From NCBI GenBank assembly GCA_964540475.1, contig CAZIMC010000001.1, positions 9,873-73,872 of the forward strand: a DNA stretch of 64,000 bases, in the 5' to 3' direction. The DNA comes from an uncultured Gammaproteobacteria bacterium (GTDB taxonomy: Bacteria > Patescibacteriota > Microgenomatia > UBA8517). Position 1 is the first letter of the stretch; each line of letters starts with the position of its first letter. Below the pieces are notes generated by a model that worked only from the letters and a program-made list of their open reading frames with translations, did not search any database and was not told where the DNA came from. Made by a program: the position numbers and the translations under genes. Shown one piece after another: positions 38,850 through 47,378 of the stretch.

Positions 38850-38925
38850 GGGTCGGTAGCTCAACGGTTAGAGCACCAAGCTTATACCTTGGCGGTTGAG
38901 GGTTCGAATCCTTCCCGACCCACCA
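38850..38925 (+). tRNA. tRNA-Ile (anticodon UAU), with encoded CCA
   Basis: GGGTCGGTAGCTCAACGGTTAGAGCACCAAGCTTATACCTTGGCGGTTGAGGGTTCGAATCCTTCCCGACCCACCA. It has a perfect CCAAG/CTTGG anticodon stem, loop CTTATAC, and U33 immediately 5' of the TAT anticodon. Confidence 0.7.
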
Positions 38926-39024
38926 AATATTATCGGTCAAAGCAAACTTTGACGTACTTCGGGGTTTACGGAAAAAACATGCAAATTAGTGTAGAACTTG
39001 CATACGAGTCCTATTACTCGCACA

Positions 39025-41358
39025 TTAAAGTTTCGCACGCCTGGTGATTTCCGCTTCCACCAGCCGGACATCCCGTCCGTATTTAAGCCTACTCATCTCT
39101 TTGATTATTTCGGCAACTCGCACATTTTCCGAGGCTTTTTGTTGGGCAATATCTTTGGTTAAGTCAAGAGAAAAGGGAGGCACTGGTTCATTCTTAACAA
39201 TCGTTTTGATGTAGGCGTTATATTTGTCAACATTAAGGAGGTCGTCTTCACCAAAAACAGGCGTAAATTCATGCGCCAAATAATTTGCATCCGTTACTCC
39301 AATTCTGAACGAGATGATCGTTCCCACATTTCCAAATATCGCGTTTTTAACTTCTTCTTCAACTTGCCCTATAAACTGGTTAGCAACACATAGCCCTAAG
39401 CGGTACTTTCTAGCCTCAGATAAAATTACAGCAAAGTCGGGTGTTGCAAAGTTTTGAAACTCGTCAACATACAAATAAAAATCCCGTCTCTGCTCTTGCG
39501 GTACATCCCCCCGGCTCATTGCAGCCATTAAGATTCTAGGAACAATTATAAGCCCTAAGAAATTGCTGTTTTCCTCCCCAAGCGAGCCTTTTGCCAGGTT
39601 TATCAGTAATATTTTGCCTTCATCCATAACCCGTCTTAAGTCAAAAGAGCTTTGGGACTGGCCAATAATGTTTCTTATAAGTTTGTTGGTAACAAACCTG
39701 CCAAACTTTGAGGTAATGTAATCTAAAACTTCAGATTTATGAAAGTCGGAAGTTTGTGCGATTTGGTCTGTCCAGTAGCGTCTAACAATTGGATCTGTAA
39801 CTTTAGGCAAAAGCTCCTGCACATAGCGAGCATCGGTTAAAATTCTCATAACTTCGATAAATGTTGTGCCTGTTTCGGCCATTGCGGTAAGCATGGCGTT
39901 TCGAACCGCATGTTCGAAACGCGGACCCACAATACCCGTTTTGTAAGGATCGAAAAGCTTGTACATCATATTGATAACGGCTGTTGAGACAAAATGCTGT
40001 TGGTCCTCAGAGTTTGCCTCTAGTAGATTAAGGCCCATAGGGCGCTCCGTATCGGCTGGATTAAAGTAAATAATATCCTCTGCACGCTCCGGAGGGACAA
40101 GTTTTAAAATATCCTCAATTGCGTCTCCATGGGGGTCCATGAAACACAAGCCTTTACCTTCTTTGATATCCTGAATGATCATGTCCTTAAGAAGCTCTGA
40201 TTTTCCAGTGCCTGTTTTTCCAATGATATAGACATGGCGCATGCGGTCTTCATTACCCACATATACAGGCCGCTTTACACCCCTATAAGAACTAAGTCCC
40301 AGAAAAAGGCCTTCAGTTGGAATTTCTGATGGAGCCGGGGCTGTTTTTGAATATACCCAGTATATATGGGGGGTTGTTACCTGTTTATTGGGGAAATGGA
40401 AAAGTGTTGCCAATTCTTCCGTATTTAGAATTGAAGGACGGTTACCAAACAAATTAAACATCGGTTGATACCGGTATAGAAAGTCCTCCATAAAGCTACC
40501 CTTATTCCAAATTTTTCGCCCCTTAAAATAATTATATTCGGATGCAAACTGGGAAAGACTTGTCCCGATGTTGTCAAGGTGAACCTTTGCAGTCTCTTTC
40601 TGTGGGGAAACACAAACAATACGCACCGAAACCTCAAACCCTGCCTTGCTAATTTTGCTTTCCACGGCTTCAAGAGTCTTTGCGGGAACTGAAAACTTGG
40701 CCTTTTCCGGATCACTTTCTTGCTTTTTGGTATCTGAAATATATCCTGAGCCAGTTTTTTGCCATGGTATATCAGTTGGTGAAACAACTATCTGAAGGCT
40801 AGCAGCCTCTCCTTCCCCCATCTTGGCCATAGCTGAGGTAATAGCTGCCAACGGATCTACTGCAAAGTCTTTAAAAACCTTAATTGGGTAGTGATTCTCC
40901 TTGGCCAATTGAAACGACTTATAGGCAACTGAGCCATTCTCGCTAAAGATGTTGTATTCAGGTACTTCAATTATTTCTGCGTCAGGATAAGCGCCGTGGA
41001 TTTGTTTTTCCATCATATCTCGCAGACTCTTGGGAAGCCACACATAAAACCTTATGTCTTCTTTTCTGGCAACTACCTCAAAAGAGACAGTTGGCTGAGT
41101 TGAAAACTTTTGCTTCCAACCCCCTTTTTTTATTGAAGCCAAAGAAGCAAATAACTGCTCCATAACATCTATTTTTGCCTCGTTTTTGGTTACACCAACT
41201 TGAAGAAGGACAGAATCAATTGAGCGGTTTTCCCGGTCTCTAAATTTGAAAAATACAAAGAGCACGTATCCCAAAATTACAAGGCTGAACACTAAAAACG
41301 TAAAAAGCAAAAGCACTAAAATAAGAGCAGCTATGTTTATTTCATTTACCGGTACCAT
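39025..41358 (-). CDS. VirD4/TrwB/TraD-like type IV coupling-protein-family ATPase (membrane anchored)
   Basis: N-terminal TM helices, Walker A GKTGTGKS (compare TrwB GATGTGKS), and Walker B LYVDEFQNF. 777 aa. Confidence 0.5.
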   Translation of the reverse strand: MVPVNEINIAALILVLLLFTFLVFSLVILGYVLFVFFKFRDRENRSIDSVLLQVGVTKNEAKIDVMEQLFASLASIKKGGWKQKFSTQPTVSFEVVARKEDIRFYVWLPKSLRDMMEKQIHGAYPDAEIIEVPEYNIFSENGSVAYKSFQLAKENHYPIKVFKDFAVDPLAAITSAMAKMGEGEAASLQIVVSPTDIPWQKTGSGYISDTKKQESDPEKAKFSVPAKTLEAVESKISKAGFEVSVRIVCVSPQKETAKVHLDNIGTSLSQFASEYNYFKGRKIWNKGSFMEDFLYRYQPMFNLFGNRPSILNTEELATLFHFPNKQVTTPHIYWVYSKTAPAPSEIPTEGLFLGLSSYRGVKRPVYVGNEDRMRHVYIIGKTGTGKSELLKDMIIQDIKEGKGLCFMDPHGDAIEDILKLVPPERAEDIIYFNPADTERPMGLNLLEANSEDQQHFVSTAVINMMYKLFDPYKTGIVGPRFEHAVRNAMLTAMAETGTTFIEVMRILTDARYVQELLPKVTDPIVRRYWTDQIAQTSDFHKSEVLDYITSKFGRFVTNKLIRNIIGQSQSSFDLRRVMDEGKILLINLAKGSLGEENSNFLGLIIVPRILMAAMSRGDVPQEQRRDFYLYVDEFQNFATPDFAVILSEARKYRLGLCVANQFIGQVEEEVKNAIFGNVGTIISFRIGVTDANYLAHEFTPVFGEDDLLNVDKYNAYIKTIVKNEPVPPFSLDLTKDIAQQKASENVRVAEIIKEMSRLKYGRDVRLVEAEITRRAKL

Positions 41359-41695
41359 GTTGTCCTCCTGTAATTATTTGCCATCCGAAGTGAAATGCTT
41401 TCTTGATCATTCTTAAAAAACTGGCCGCCCACCACGTTTTGGAATCGTCGGTAGAACCTCTGGCTAGTTTTTCTAAAGCCTCCGGAGCTTGTGGAATTTG
41501 AATAGTTACGGCTTGGGTCTGGGGGGTTTGTATCAAGGGGTTTCCCTGATCATCGTTAACCTGAGCTTTAAATTGAGTCGGTGTGGGGGTTACACCAGGC
41601 ACTGACTTATTTTCAACAGATGCAGGAATCTCCGAAATTTCTTCCGGCCTCACTTCAACAGGTAAACCCTCTTTCTGCTCTGGGGAAACAGGCAT
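41342..41695 (-). CDS. hypothetical protein overlapping the start of the coupling-protein gene
   Basis: 117 aa with a Pro/Gln-rich N-terminus and a hydrophobic C-terminus. A 17-nt overlap suggests co-translation. Confidence 0.3.
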   Translation of the reverse strand: MPVSPEQKEGLPVEVRPEEISEIPASVENKSVPGVTPTPTQFKAQVNDDQGNPLIQTPQTQAVTIQIPQAPEALEKLARGSTDDSKTWWAASFLRMIKKAFHFGWQIITGGQHGTGK

Positions 41696-41786
41696 AGTAG
41701 AATCATTTTAGCACAGCACAAGGAGTCTTTTTAGTATCTGTGTGTGGCTGAACACGCCATGCGCCTGACGCATTAAATACATAAGG

Positions 41787-42323
41787 CTATTTCCTCCTCC
41801 AAACTTTTTCAGGAGTTTCACTTTCTTGATTAACTTTTCGTGCCAGCATAAACATATAATCAGAAAGTCTATTTATATACTTCATTATTTCAGGGTTCAC
41901 AGGCTCTAATTCGTTTAGTGTAACAAGTGCCCTTTCCCCCCTTCTAACTAAAGTTCTGGCATAATGAATTAAACTTCCAATTTCAGTGCCCCCCATCAAT
42001 ATAAAGTTAGCCAAAACCGGCAACGACCCTTCCATCTTATCAATTTCTTTTTCAAGACCGGTGGTTTTCGAAGCAGGAAAAGGTAGTTTTGCACCCGCCA
42101 GAATTGAATTAATAGTAAAAATGTTTAGCTGAAGCTCTTCAATTTTTTTACTTAAATCCCCTTCGGTTTTTGAAGAAATCACGCCAAAAAAAGCATTCAA
42201 CTCGTCTAAATTCCCGATTGCATTAATTCTCGCCGAATCTTTACTAACTCTTATATTCTGTGCATTGGCAGGATCATACAAAGAAGTCTCCCCTTTATCC
42301 CCTCTTTTTGTGTAAATAGCCAT
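41787..42323 (-). CDS. PduO-type ATP:cob(I)alamin adenosyltransferase
   Basis: IYTKRGDKGETSL N-terminal motif and a length of about 178 aa. Confidence 0.75.
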   Translation of the reverse strand: MAIYTKRGDKGETSLYDPANAQNIRVSKDSARINAIGNLDELNAFFGVISSKTEGDLSKKIEELQLNIFTINSILAGAKLPFPASKTTGLEKEIDKMEGSLPVLANFILMGGTEIGSLIHYARTLVRRGERALVTLNELEPVNPEIMKYINRLSDYMFMLARKVNQESETPEKVWRRK

Positions 42324-43003
42324 TAGTTAGGAATATAAACCCTGCCGCTTTTCTTCCACCTTTTGTAGGCCTTGATTGCAAGTAACGCCGGAGTGTGAAA
42401 ATTTTTCTGTGGTGGTAGTTCATTCAAATCAAACCACTCCCAACCTTCACATTTTTCTGGTTCTTTTAACTTTGGTTCTTTGCTAGCTCCCAGAACAACA
42501 AAATCAAAATTAATATAGCTTCTTTCTTTTTGAGAATCTGTAAAGGTAGACAAGGAAATAAGATTAAAACTTTTTCTGGAAATTCTAAAGCCTGTTTCTT
42601 CTCGAAGCTCTCTTACCGCTGCTTCTAAAATCCCCTCACTTTCACCTAAGTTTACATGTCCTGCGGGAACAGCATATAAACCTGCTTGATAGCCACCTTT
42701 TCTTTTACCGAGTAATATTTGCCCTTTGGTGTTAACTACAGTAATACCCACCCCAACTCGCATTTTCTCTTCTTCTAAAGGACCGACATATTCAAACCGC
42801 GGTAAACTTTTGCTGTCTATTTGGATTGTTTCAGTAAACATTTCCAAAGGTCTTACCCAAAATTTTGATGTAGGATTATCGTAAAGTGCTTCGTAAGCAA
42901 CATACTCCTCTAAAGTTTCACTGTGTCTAGCAACACCAATGGCTCTATAGTTTTTCCCGCTTTTTGAGTGCTTATATTTGCCAGGTTTTACTTCAATGGT
43001 CAT
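42323..43003 (-). CDS. DUF1653 domain fused to a NUDIX hydrolase
   Basis: GKYKHSKSGKNYRAIGVARHSETLEEYVAYEALYDNPTSKFWVRPLEMF (DUF1653), then the Nudix box GHVNLGESEGILEAAVRELREETGF. Start taken at MTIEV. The longer ORF, up to 43180, is probably not real. Confidence 0.6.
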   Translation of the reverse strand: MTIEVKPGKYKHSKSGKNYRAIGVARHSETLEEYVAYEALYDNPTSKFWVRPLEMFTETIQIDSKSLPRFEYVGPLEEEKMRVGVGITVVNTKGQILLGKRKGGYQAGLYAVPAGHVNLGESEGILEAAVRELREETGFRISRKSFNLISLSTFTDSQKERSYINFDFVVLGASKEPKLKEPEKCEGWEWFDLNELPPQKNFHTPALLAIKAYKRWKKSGRVYIPN

Positions 43004-43193
43004 ATAAAGTGTTATAAAGCAAACGTTATAAAACTGCAAGGATACACATTTATATACAATGCAACCTTGACTTGCTTGAGAGATTGAGTGATTATGGATA
43101 TAATGCTCAATCACATTCCGAATCGACTTCAAAAAGAGATTCAAAAGTACTTTAAAATATCCTGACCTTTGTGAGGCCAACTAGTAGTTTTTG

Positions 43194-43284
43194 TGCCCCT
43201 GGATGGATTCGAACCATCAACAGAGACGCTTCGCGGCGTTAGGGTTCACAAAACCCCTGCTTTATCCATTTAAGCTACAGGGGC
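43194..43284 (-). tRNA. atypical 91-nt tRNA with a long extra arm; the cloverleaf parse gives anticodon UGU (Thr)
   Basis: Minus strand: GCCCCTG-TA-GCTT-AAATGGATA-AAGC-A-GGGGT-TTTGTGA-ACCCT-[AACGCCGCGAAGCGTCTCTGTT]-GATGG-TTCGAAT-CCATC-CAGGGGC-A. The acceptor, D, anticodon and T arms are canonical, but a 22-nt variable region is inconsistent with Thr. Confidence 0.45.
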
Positions 43285-43332
43285 TAGTTGACCTCGCGAA
43301 AGTCAGGATAACTTTTGCAAGATTCCTACCTA

Positions 43333-43360
43333 CAAAAAACCACCCTTCGGTGGTTTATAT
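43333..43360. terminator. bidirectional intrinsic terminator downstream of nrdJ
   Basis: AAAAAA-CCACC-CTTC-GGTGG-TTTATATTT. The hairpin is flanked by an A-tract on one side and a T-tract on the other. Confidence 0.45.
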
Positions 43361-43431
43361 TTAAATACTTCTCGCTCCACCCAATGTAATACTCTTTCCA
43401 ATTCTTTGTAAACTAAATCCTTAATTGAAAA

Positions 43432-45942
43432 CTAACACTCACTATGCCCGCAGGCGTAACATTTACTGCAACCTTCTTCGTAAACAAACGCGTTTGCTCC
43501 GCAGGAAGGACAAATATCAGCTGATTTATCGGACAAGTTGATCTCTTCTCCTGCGGGGGTTAATTCGGCTGCACTTAAATGTGAGTGACCGTTGGTTAGA
43601 TGTACACCGTTAGTTACGGCCGCCTCAGGCGGAGCCGAAGCCGTTGTGGGGTCAATGCTAACCTTTGCAGGTTCCGGCGTACCCGAGGGCACGACAGAGG
43701 CAGCCGCCATAACAGCTCCAGCCCCGTTTGAGGGGGTCGCAACACCAAAATGAGATGTCAAAGCCAGGGCAACAGCATCCGGAAGTGAACGAACTTTGTT
43801 CGGACCAAATCCCACCGAACTTCTCCCTCCGATTCCCCTTAATTGATCGATTATTATTGTTGCTTTATCACGAGCAGTTGAAGCTCCATTAACTTTTAGG
43901 AATTTGGAAATTAACCTGCCTAAAGCCTCAGCCATTGCAGCAATATCACTTCCAGCCCTTCCGATATTAATAAATACTTCAATGGGGTTACCGTCCTGGT
44001 CCTGATTAACAGTTATGAATGCAGTACCCACAGGTGTTTGAATTTTATAAGTGGACCCCGAAAGCATAACCGGTCTTTCCCAGGCTTTCTTAACTTCAGC
44101 AGGAGTTGGAGCTTCTGCTGGCTTTTCATCCGCTTTTGAAAGCACACCCTGCCTACTTCCATCCCTAAAGTATGTTACCCCTTTACAGCCAAGTTCATAT
44201 GCCAAGTTATAAAGCTTTTTAACATCCTCAACCGTGTGTGCGTTTGGAGCGTTAACAGTTTTACTGATTGAAGCATCAACATACTTTTGAACTGCCGCCT
44301 GGACGCGAATGTGTTCTTCCGGTGTAAGCTGAGAGGCCGAAACAAAATAATCGGGCGGGGTTTTATCTGGATTATCCGACAGCCATTCCTGGTATAAGGG
44401 GTGGTGAACAATATGCTCCCCTGTTCTGTCGTTCCTTTTATATGTAAATTCATAAACCGGCTCAATTCCCGAACTTACACCCGCAAGCAGGGATATAGTA
44501 CCGGTCGGCGCTTGAGTAAGAAGTATTCCATTTCTTATCCCCTGTTTTGCTATTTTTGTTTTAATTGTCTCAGGGAGTCCTTGAATGAATTTGCCCTTTA
44601 AGTACTTTTCTTTGTCAAATTTAGGGAAAGCACCTTTTTCTTTTGCCAAGTCGCTTGAAGTTTCGTATGCCGTATCGCGGATTGTCTTATAAATTTTTTC
44701 AATCACTCTCAAAGACTCCTCGCTCCCGTAGCGAATACCCATTTTAATTAAGGTATCGGCAAGACCCAGGGTGCCTAGGCCGGTTCGTCTTATACCATTT
44801 TTCTGTACATCTTCATTGTTTTTAGAGAAGTAGTAATTAGCATCAATTACGTTATCCAAGAAACGGGTCGCTACTGCTACGTGTCTTTTAAGGTCCTCAT
44901 AATCCATTTTTCCGTTTTTTACAAACGGTGAGAGATTAACATGACCTAAATTGCAAACCCCCCAAGCCCCCAAGCCTTGCTCCCCGCACGGATTGGTTGC
45001 AATAATTTTCTCAAAATACCACGAGTTACTTTGGTCATTATAGCGATCAATAAATACTGCTCCAGGTTCGGCCGAGCGCCATGCTGCCTCGGCAATGAGG
45101 TCCCAAAGGTATCGGGCCCTTAATTTTTTATAAACCTTAATCGGCAAACTCTTCTCTTTCCACTTCGTTATGTCGCCATCCCATTCTTCATCATAATTTT
45201 CATAGTCTATATCCGGAAAATAAAGTTCCCACTCGGCATCTTCTTTTACTGCTTTCATAAAGGCATCACTCACACAAACCGAAAGATTTGCCCCCGGAAT
45301 CTTGCTTAGGTCCTGCTTAACGGTAATAAACTCCTCCACATCAGGATGCCAGTCATCAAGCATAAGCATTAATGCACCTCTTCTACTTCCCCCCTGTTGA
45401 ATCACATCATGATTTGCAGTTGAATAAAGCGCGGCCCAGTTAACAGGTCCTGAGGATGTACCATTCACCTTTCGCACTCTTGCCCCCCTTGGCCTTAATG
45501 AGGAAAGATTAAGGCCCACTCCGCCGCCTCTTGCTTGAATTTCAACTGTCAGTGAAACATTGTCCATTATTCCCTGTCTTGAGTCGCGTGGGGAAGGAAT
45601 AACGTAGCAGTTGTAGTAAGTTACTTCATATCCTGTTCCTGCCCCGGAAAGAATTCTTCCTGCAGGAACAAACTTAAAGTCGGCCATGGCATCATAAAAC
45701 TTTTCTTCCCATTCTTTCTTGGCATCCGAGGCTTCCTCAATCTGCGCTATTCCCCAAGCTACCCTTCTCCACATTTGTTCGGGGTAAGTTTCCATGCTGG
45801 AGCCATCTATGTCTTTAAGTGAGTATCTGTCCAAAAATACATCTTTTCTGATCCCTTCCAGGAGAGTTCCCTCGTTCATTGGAACGTAGTGTGGTTTGGG
45901 TAAACTCTTGACTTGTTTTTTCTTTGCTACTTGTGTTTGCAT
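43432..45942 (-). CDS. nrdJ: adenosylcobalamin-dependent (class II) ribonucleotide reductase
   Basis: 836 aa with a ten-stranded barrel active site (NPCGEQ). The C-terminal zinc ribbon CPSCG...CSKCYACGH is typical of the monomeric NrdJ tail. Confidence 0.85.
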   Translation of the reverse strand: MQTQVAKKKQVKSLPKPHYVPMNEGTLLEGIRKDVFLDRYSLKDIDGSSMETYPEQMWRRVAWGIAQIEEASDAKKEWEEKFYDAMADFKFVPAGRILSGAGTGYEVTYYNCYVIPSPRDSRQGIMDNVSLTVEIQARGGGVGLNLSSLRPRGARVRKVNGTSSGPVNWAALYSTANHDVIQQGGSRRGALMLMLDDWHPDVEEFITVKQDLSKIPGANLSVCVSDAFMKAVKEDAEWELYFPDIDYENYDEEWDGDITKWKEKSLPIKVYKKLRARYLWDLIAEAAWRSAEPGAVFIDRYNDQSNSWYFEKIIATNPCGEQGLGAWGVCNLGHVNLSPFVKNGKMDYEDLKRHVAVATRFLDNVIDANYYFSKNNEDVQKNGIRRTGLGTLGLADTLIKMGIRYGSEESLRVIEKIYKTIRDTAYETSSDLAKEKGAFPKFDKEKYLKGKFIQGLPETIKTKIAKQGIRNGILLTQAPTGTISLLAGVSSGIEPVYEFTYKRNDRTGEHIVHHPLYQEWLSDNPDKTPPDYFVSASQLTPEEHIRVQAAVQKYVDASISKTVNAPNAHTVEDVKKLYNLAYELGCKGVTYFRDGSRQGVLSKADEKPAEAPTPAEVKKAWERPVMLSGSTYKIQTPVGTAFITVNQDQDGNPIEVFINIGRAGSDIAAMAEALGRLISKFLKVNGASTARDKATIIIDQLRGIGGRSSVGFGPNKVRSLPDAVALALTSHFGVATPSNGAGAVMAAASVVPSGTPEPAKVSIDPTTASAPPEAAVTNGVHLTNGHSHLSAAELTPAGEEINLSDKSADICPSCGANAFVYEEGCSKCYACGHSEC

Positions 45943-46389
45943 TTACGATATTTTTTCTAAGAGTTTTTCAAACTCGGATATGTCCGTCACTTCAAAATAA
46001 ACGCTGGCAAATCTTAGCCAGGCAACTTTATCAATTTTTTTGAGCCGCTTTAACACTGCTTTTCCAATCGTTCTTGATGAAACTTCACCGGCCTCATGCC
46101 TTAGCATCTCCTTCTCAGTTTCATCTACCAGCTCATCAACCAAATCTAAAGAAACCGGACGCTTTTCAATACTTCTTAAGACTCCGCGCTTTAATTTTTC
46201 TCTATCAAAAGGTTCTCTTTTCCCGTCTTTTTTGATAACCCAAAGCGAAAAGTTTCTCACCCTCTCAAAAGTTGTAAATCTCTTCCCGCAAACCCCACAA
46301 CTTCTTCTTCTCCTTATTGCCACCCCTTCTTCTACGGTCCTGCTCTCCAAGACTTCACTCTGCCCTGAGCCGCAAAAAGGACACTTCAT
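45943..46389 (-). CDS. nrdR: transcriptional repressor NrdR
   Basis: N-terminal zinc ribbon MKCPFCG...CGVCGKRFTTFE followed by an ATP-cone. Abuts nrdJ. Confidence 0.9.
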   Translation of the reverse strand: MKCPFCGSGQSEVLESRTVEEGVAIRRRRSCGVCGKRFTTFERVRNFSLWVIKKDGKREPFDREKLKRGVLRSIEKRPVSLDLVDELVDETEKEMLRHEAGEVSSRTIGKAVLKRLKKIDKVAWLRFASVYFEVTDISEFEKLLEKIS

Positions 46390-46422
46390 AATTTAAAATC
46401 TACTTTCACGAATGTAAAAAAA

Positions 46423-46438
46423 TTCACTATATCTAGGG
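46423..46438. promoter_or_regulatory. candidate NrdR box upstream of nrdR-nrdJ
   Basis: TTCACTATATCTAGGG matches the NrdR-box core CACTATATATAGTG at 12 of 14 positions. A weaker second site lies about 32 bp downstream (ACACTACCAGTATTCTGT). Confidence 0.3.
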
Positions 46439-46657
46439 CTAGTAGCCATAATGCAACACTACCAGTATTCTGTCAACTAGAAACGAATGTGTCATAAAAT
46501 ATCAACCGCGAAGTCAGATGGCTTTGTAAAAAATGAATTGAATTCATTAACAAAGTTTTTAAATAACTTAATCTGAAGAAATTTATAACCCAGTCGTAGA
46601 AAGTAAAAAGGTGTCAAAAGATAAATGGAGAAAAATTTGCTCCAAATTGTGGAAAAA

Positions 46658-47275
46658 TTACCAATTGAAAGGATTGTCAATCGGATCAATACCAAGTGAC
46701 ACAAAGGTTGCACTACTGCCTTCGTAAATTTTTCTTGAGTAATCCATGGTTTTAATAACTTGTGGCTTGGCATCATCAGGGGCGACAAGAAGTATCCTTT
46801 CAGCAATTTCCATGTGTTTAAGGGAGGCAAGGGATAATTTCTTTAGTAAATCAGTTGTGTCAATCCCACGGCTTCTGGCATGATTCTCAAACTTGTAGGC
46901 TTCCTCCAAATATTTCTCGGCCTTAGTTAAAGTTGAGTATCCCACCTCTGCTTTTCCTTTTTCGAAAAGAATTTGGGCAGCCGCAATTCTCTTGTCTGCC
47001 ATAAGAAGGCTAAGTTCAGACTTAGAAACTACATTGGGTGACACTAAAAGTATTAATTTATCCCGCAGCGCCTTTACAGGCCAAGCCGGATGATCAGGAA
47101 GAATTTTTCCCGGATAGGCAAGGTTGTATTCAATACTTACAACATCTTCTTGTAGCACCTCTCCCCCCGGACCGTTGAAAGCGTATTTGATAGAGGCGTT
47201 TTTAAATACAGAAATCAGAAATATATTAGTTGCTACTCCGAGGGCCAGGACAATCCCAAGAAACCTTCTAATCAT
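46658..47275 (-). CDS. hypothetical secreted or membrane-anchored protein
   Basis: N-terminal signal/TM segment, then a 205-aa mostly helical product. Confidence 0.35.
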   Translation of the reverse strand: MIRRFLGIVLALGVATNIFLISVFKNASIKYAFNGPGGEVLQEDVVSIEYNLAYPGKILPDHPAWPVKALRDKLILLVSPNVVSKSELSLLMADKRIAAAQILFEKGKAEVGYSTLTKAEKYLEEAYKFENHARSRGIDTTDLLKKLSLASLKHMEIAERILLVAPDDAKPQVIKTMDYSRKIYEGSSATFVSLGIDPIDNPFNW

Positions 47276-47378
47276 GCGGTAATCATAATACTAATTCTGT
47301 ACTCAATTTATGTCAAGTTTCATTTTGAAGAACATAAAAAGTGCACGTCAGATATTTGATTTCGTTAAAAAGCTATCG

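Noticed and set aside
46390-46657. Cobalamin riboswitch upstream of nrdR-nrdJ
   Set aside because: No B12-box (GCCACTG-like) or conserved cobalamin-riboswitch core was seen. The region is AT-rich apart from the NrdR-box-like sites.
46492-46830. 112-aa minus-strand ORF in the nrdR upstream region
   Set aside because: It has low-complexity, AT-driven composition and overlaps the 3' end of the 205-aa gene. The region is better explained as the nrdR promoter and NrdR-box region.
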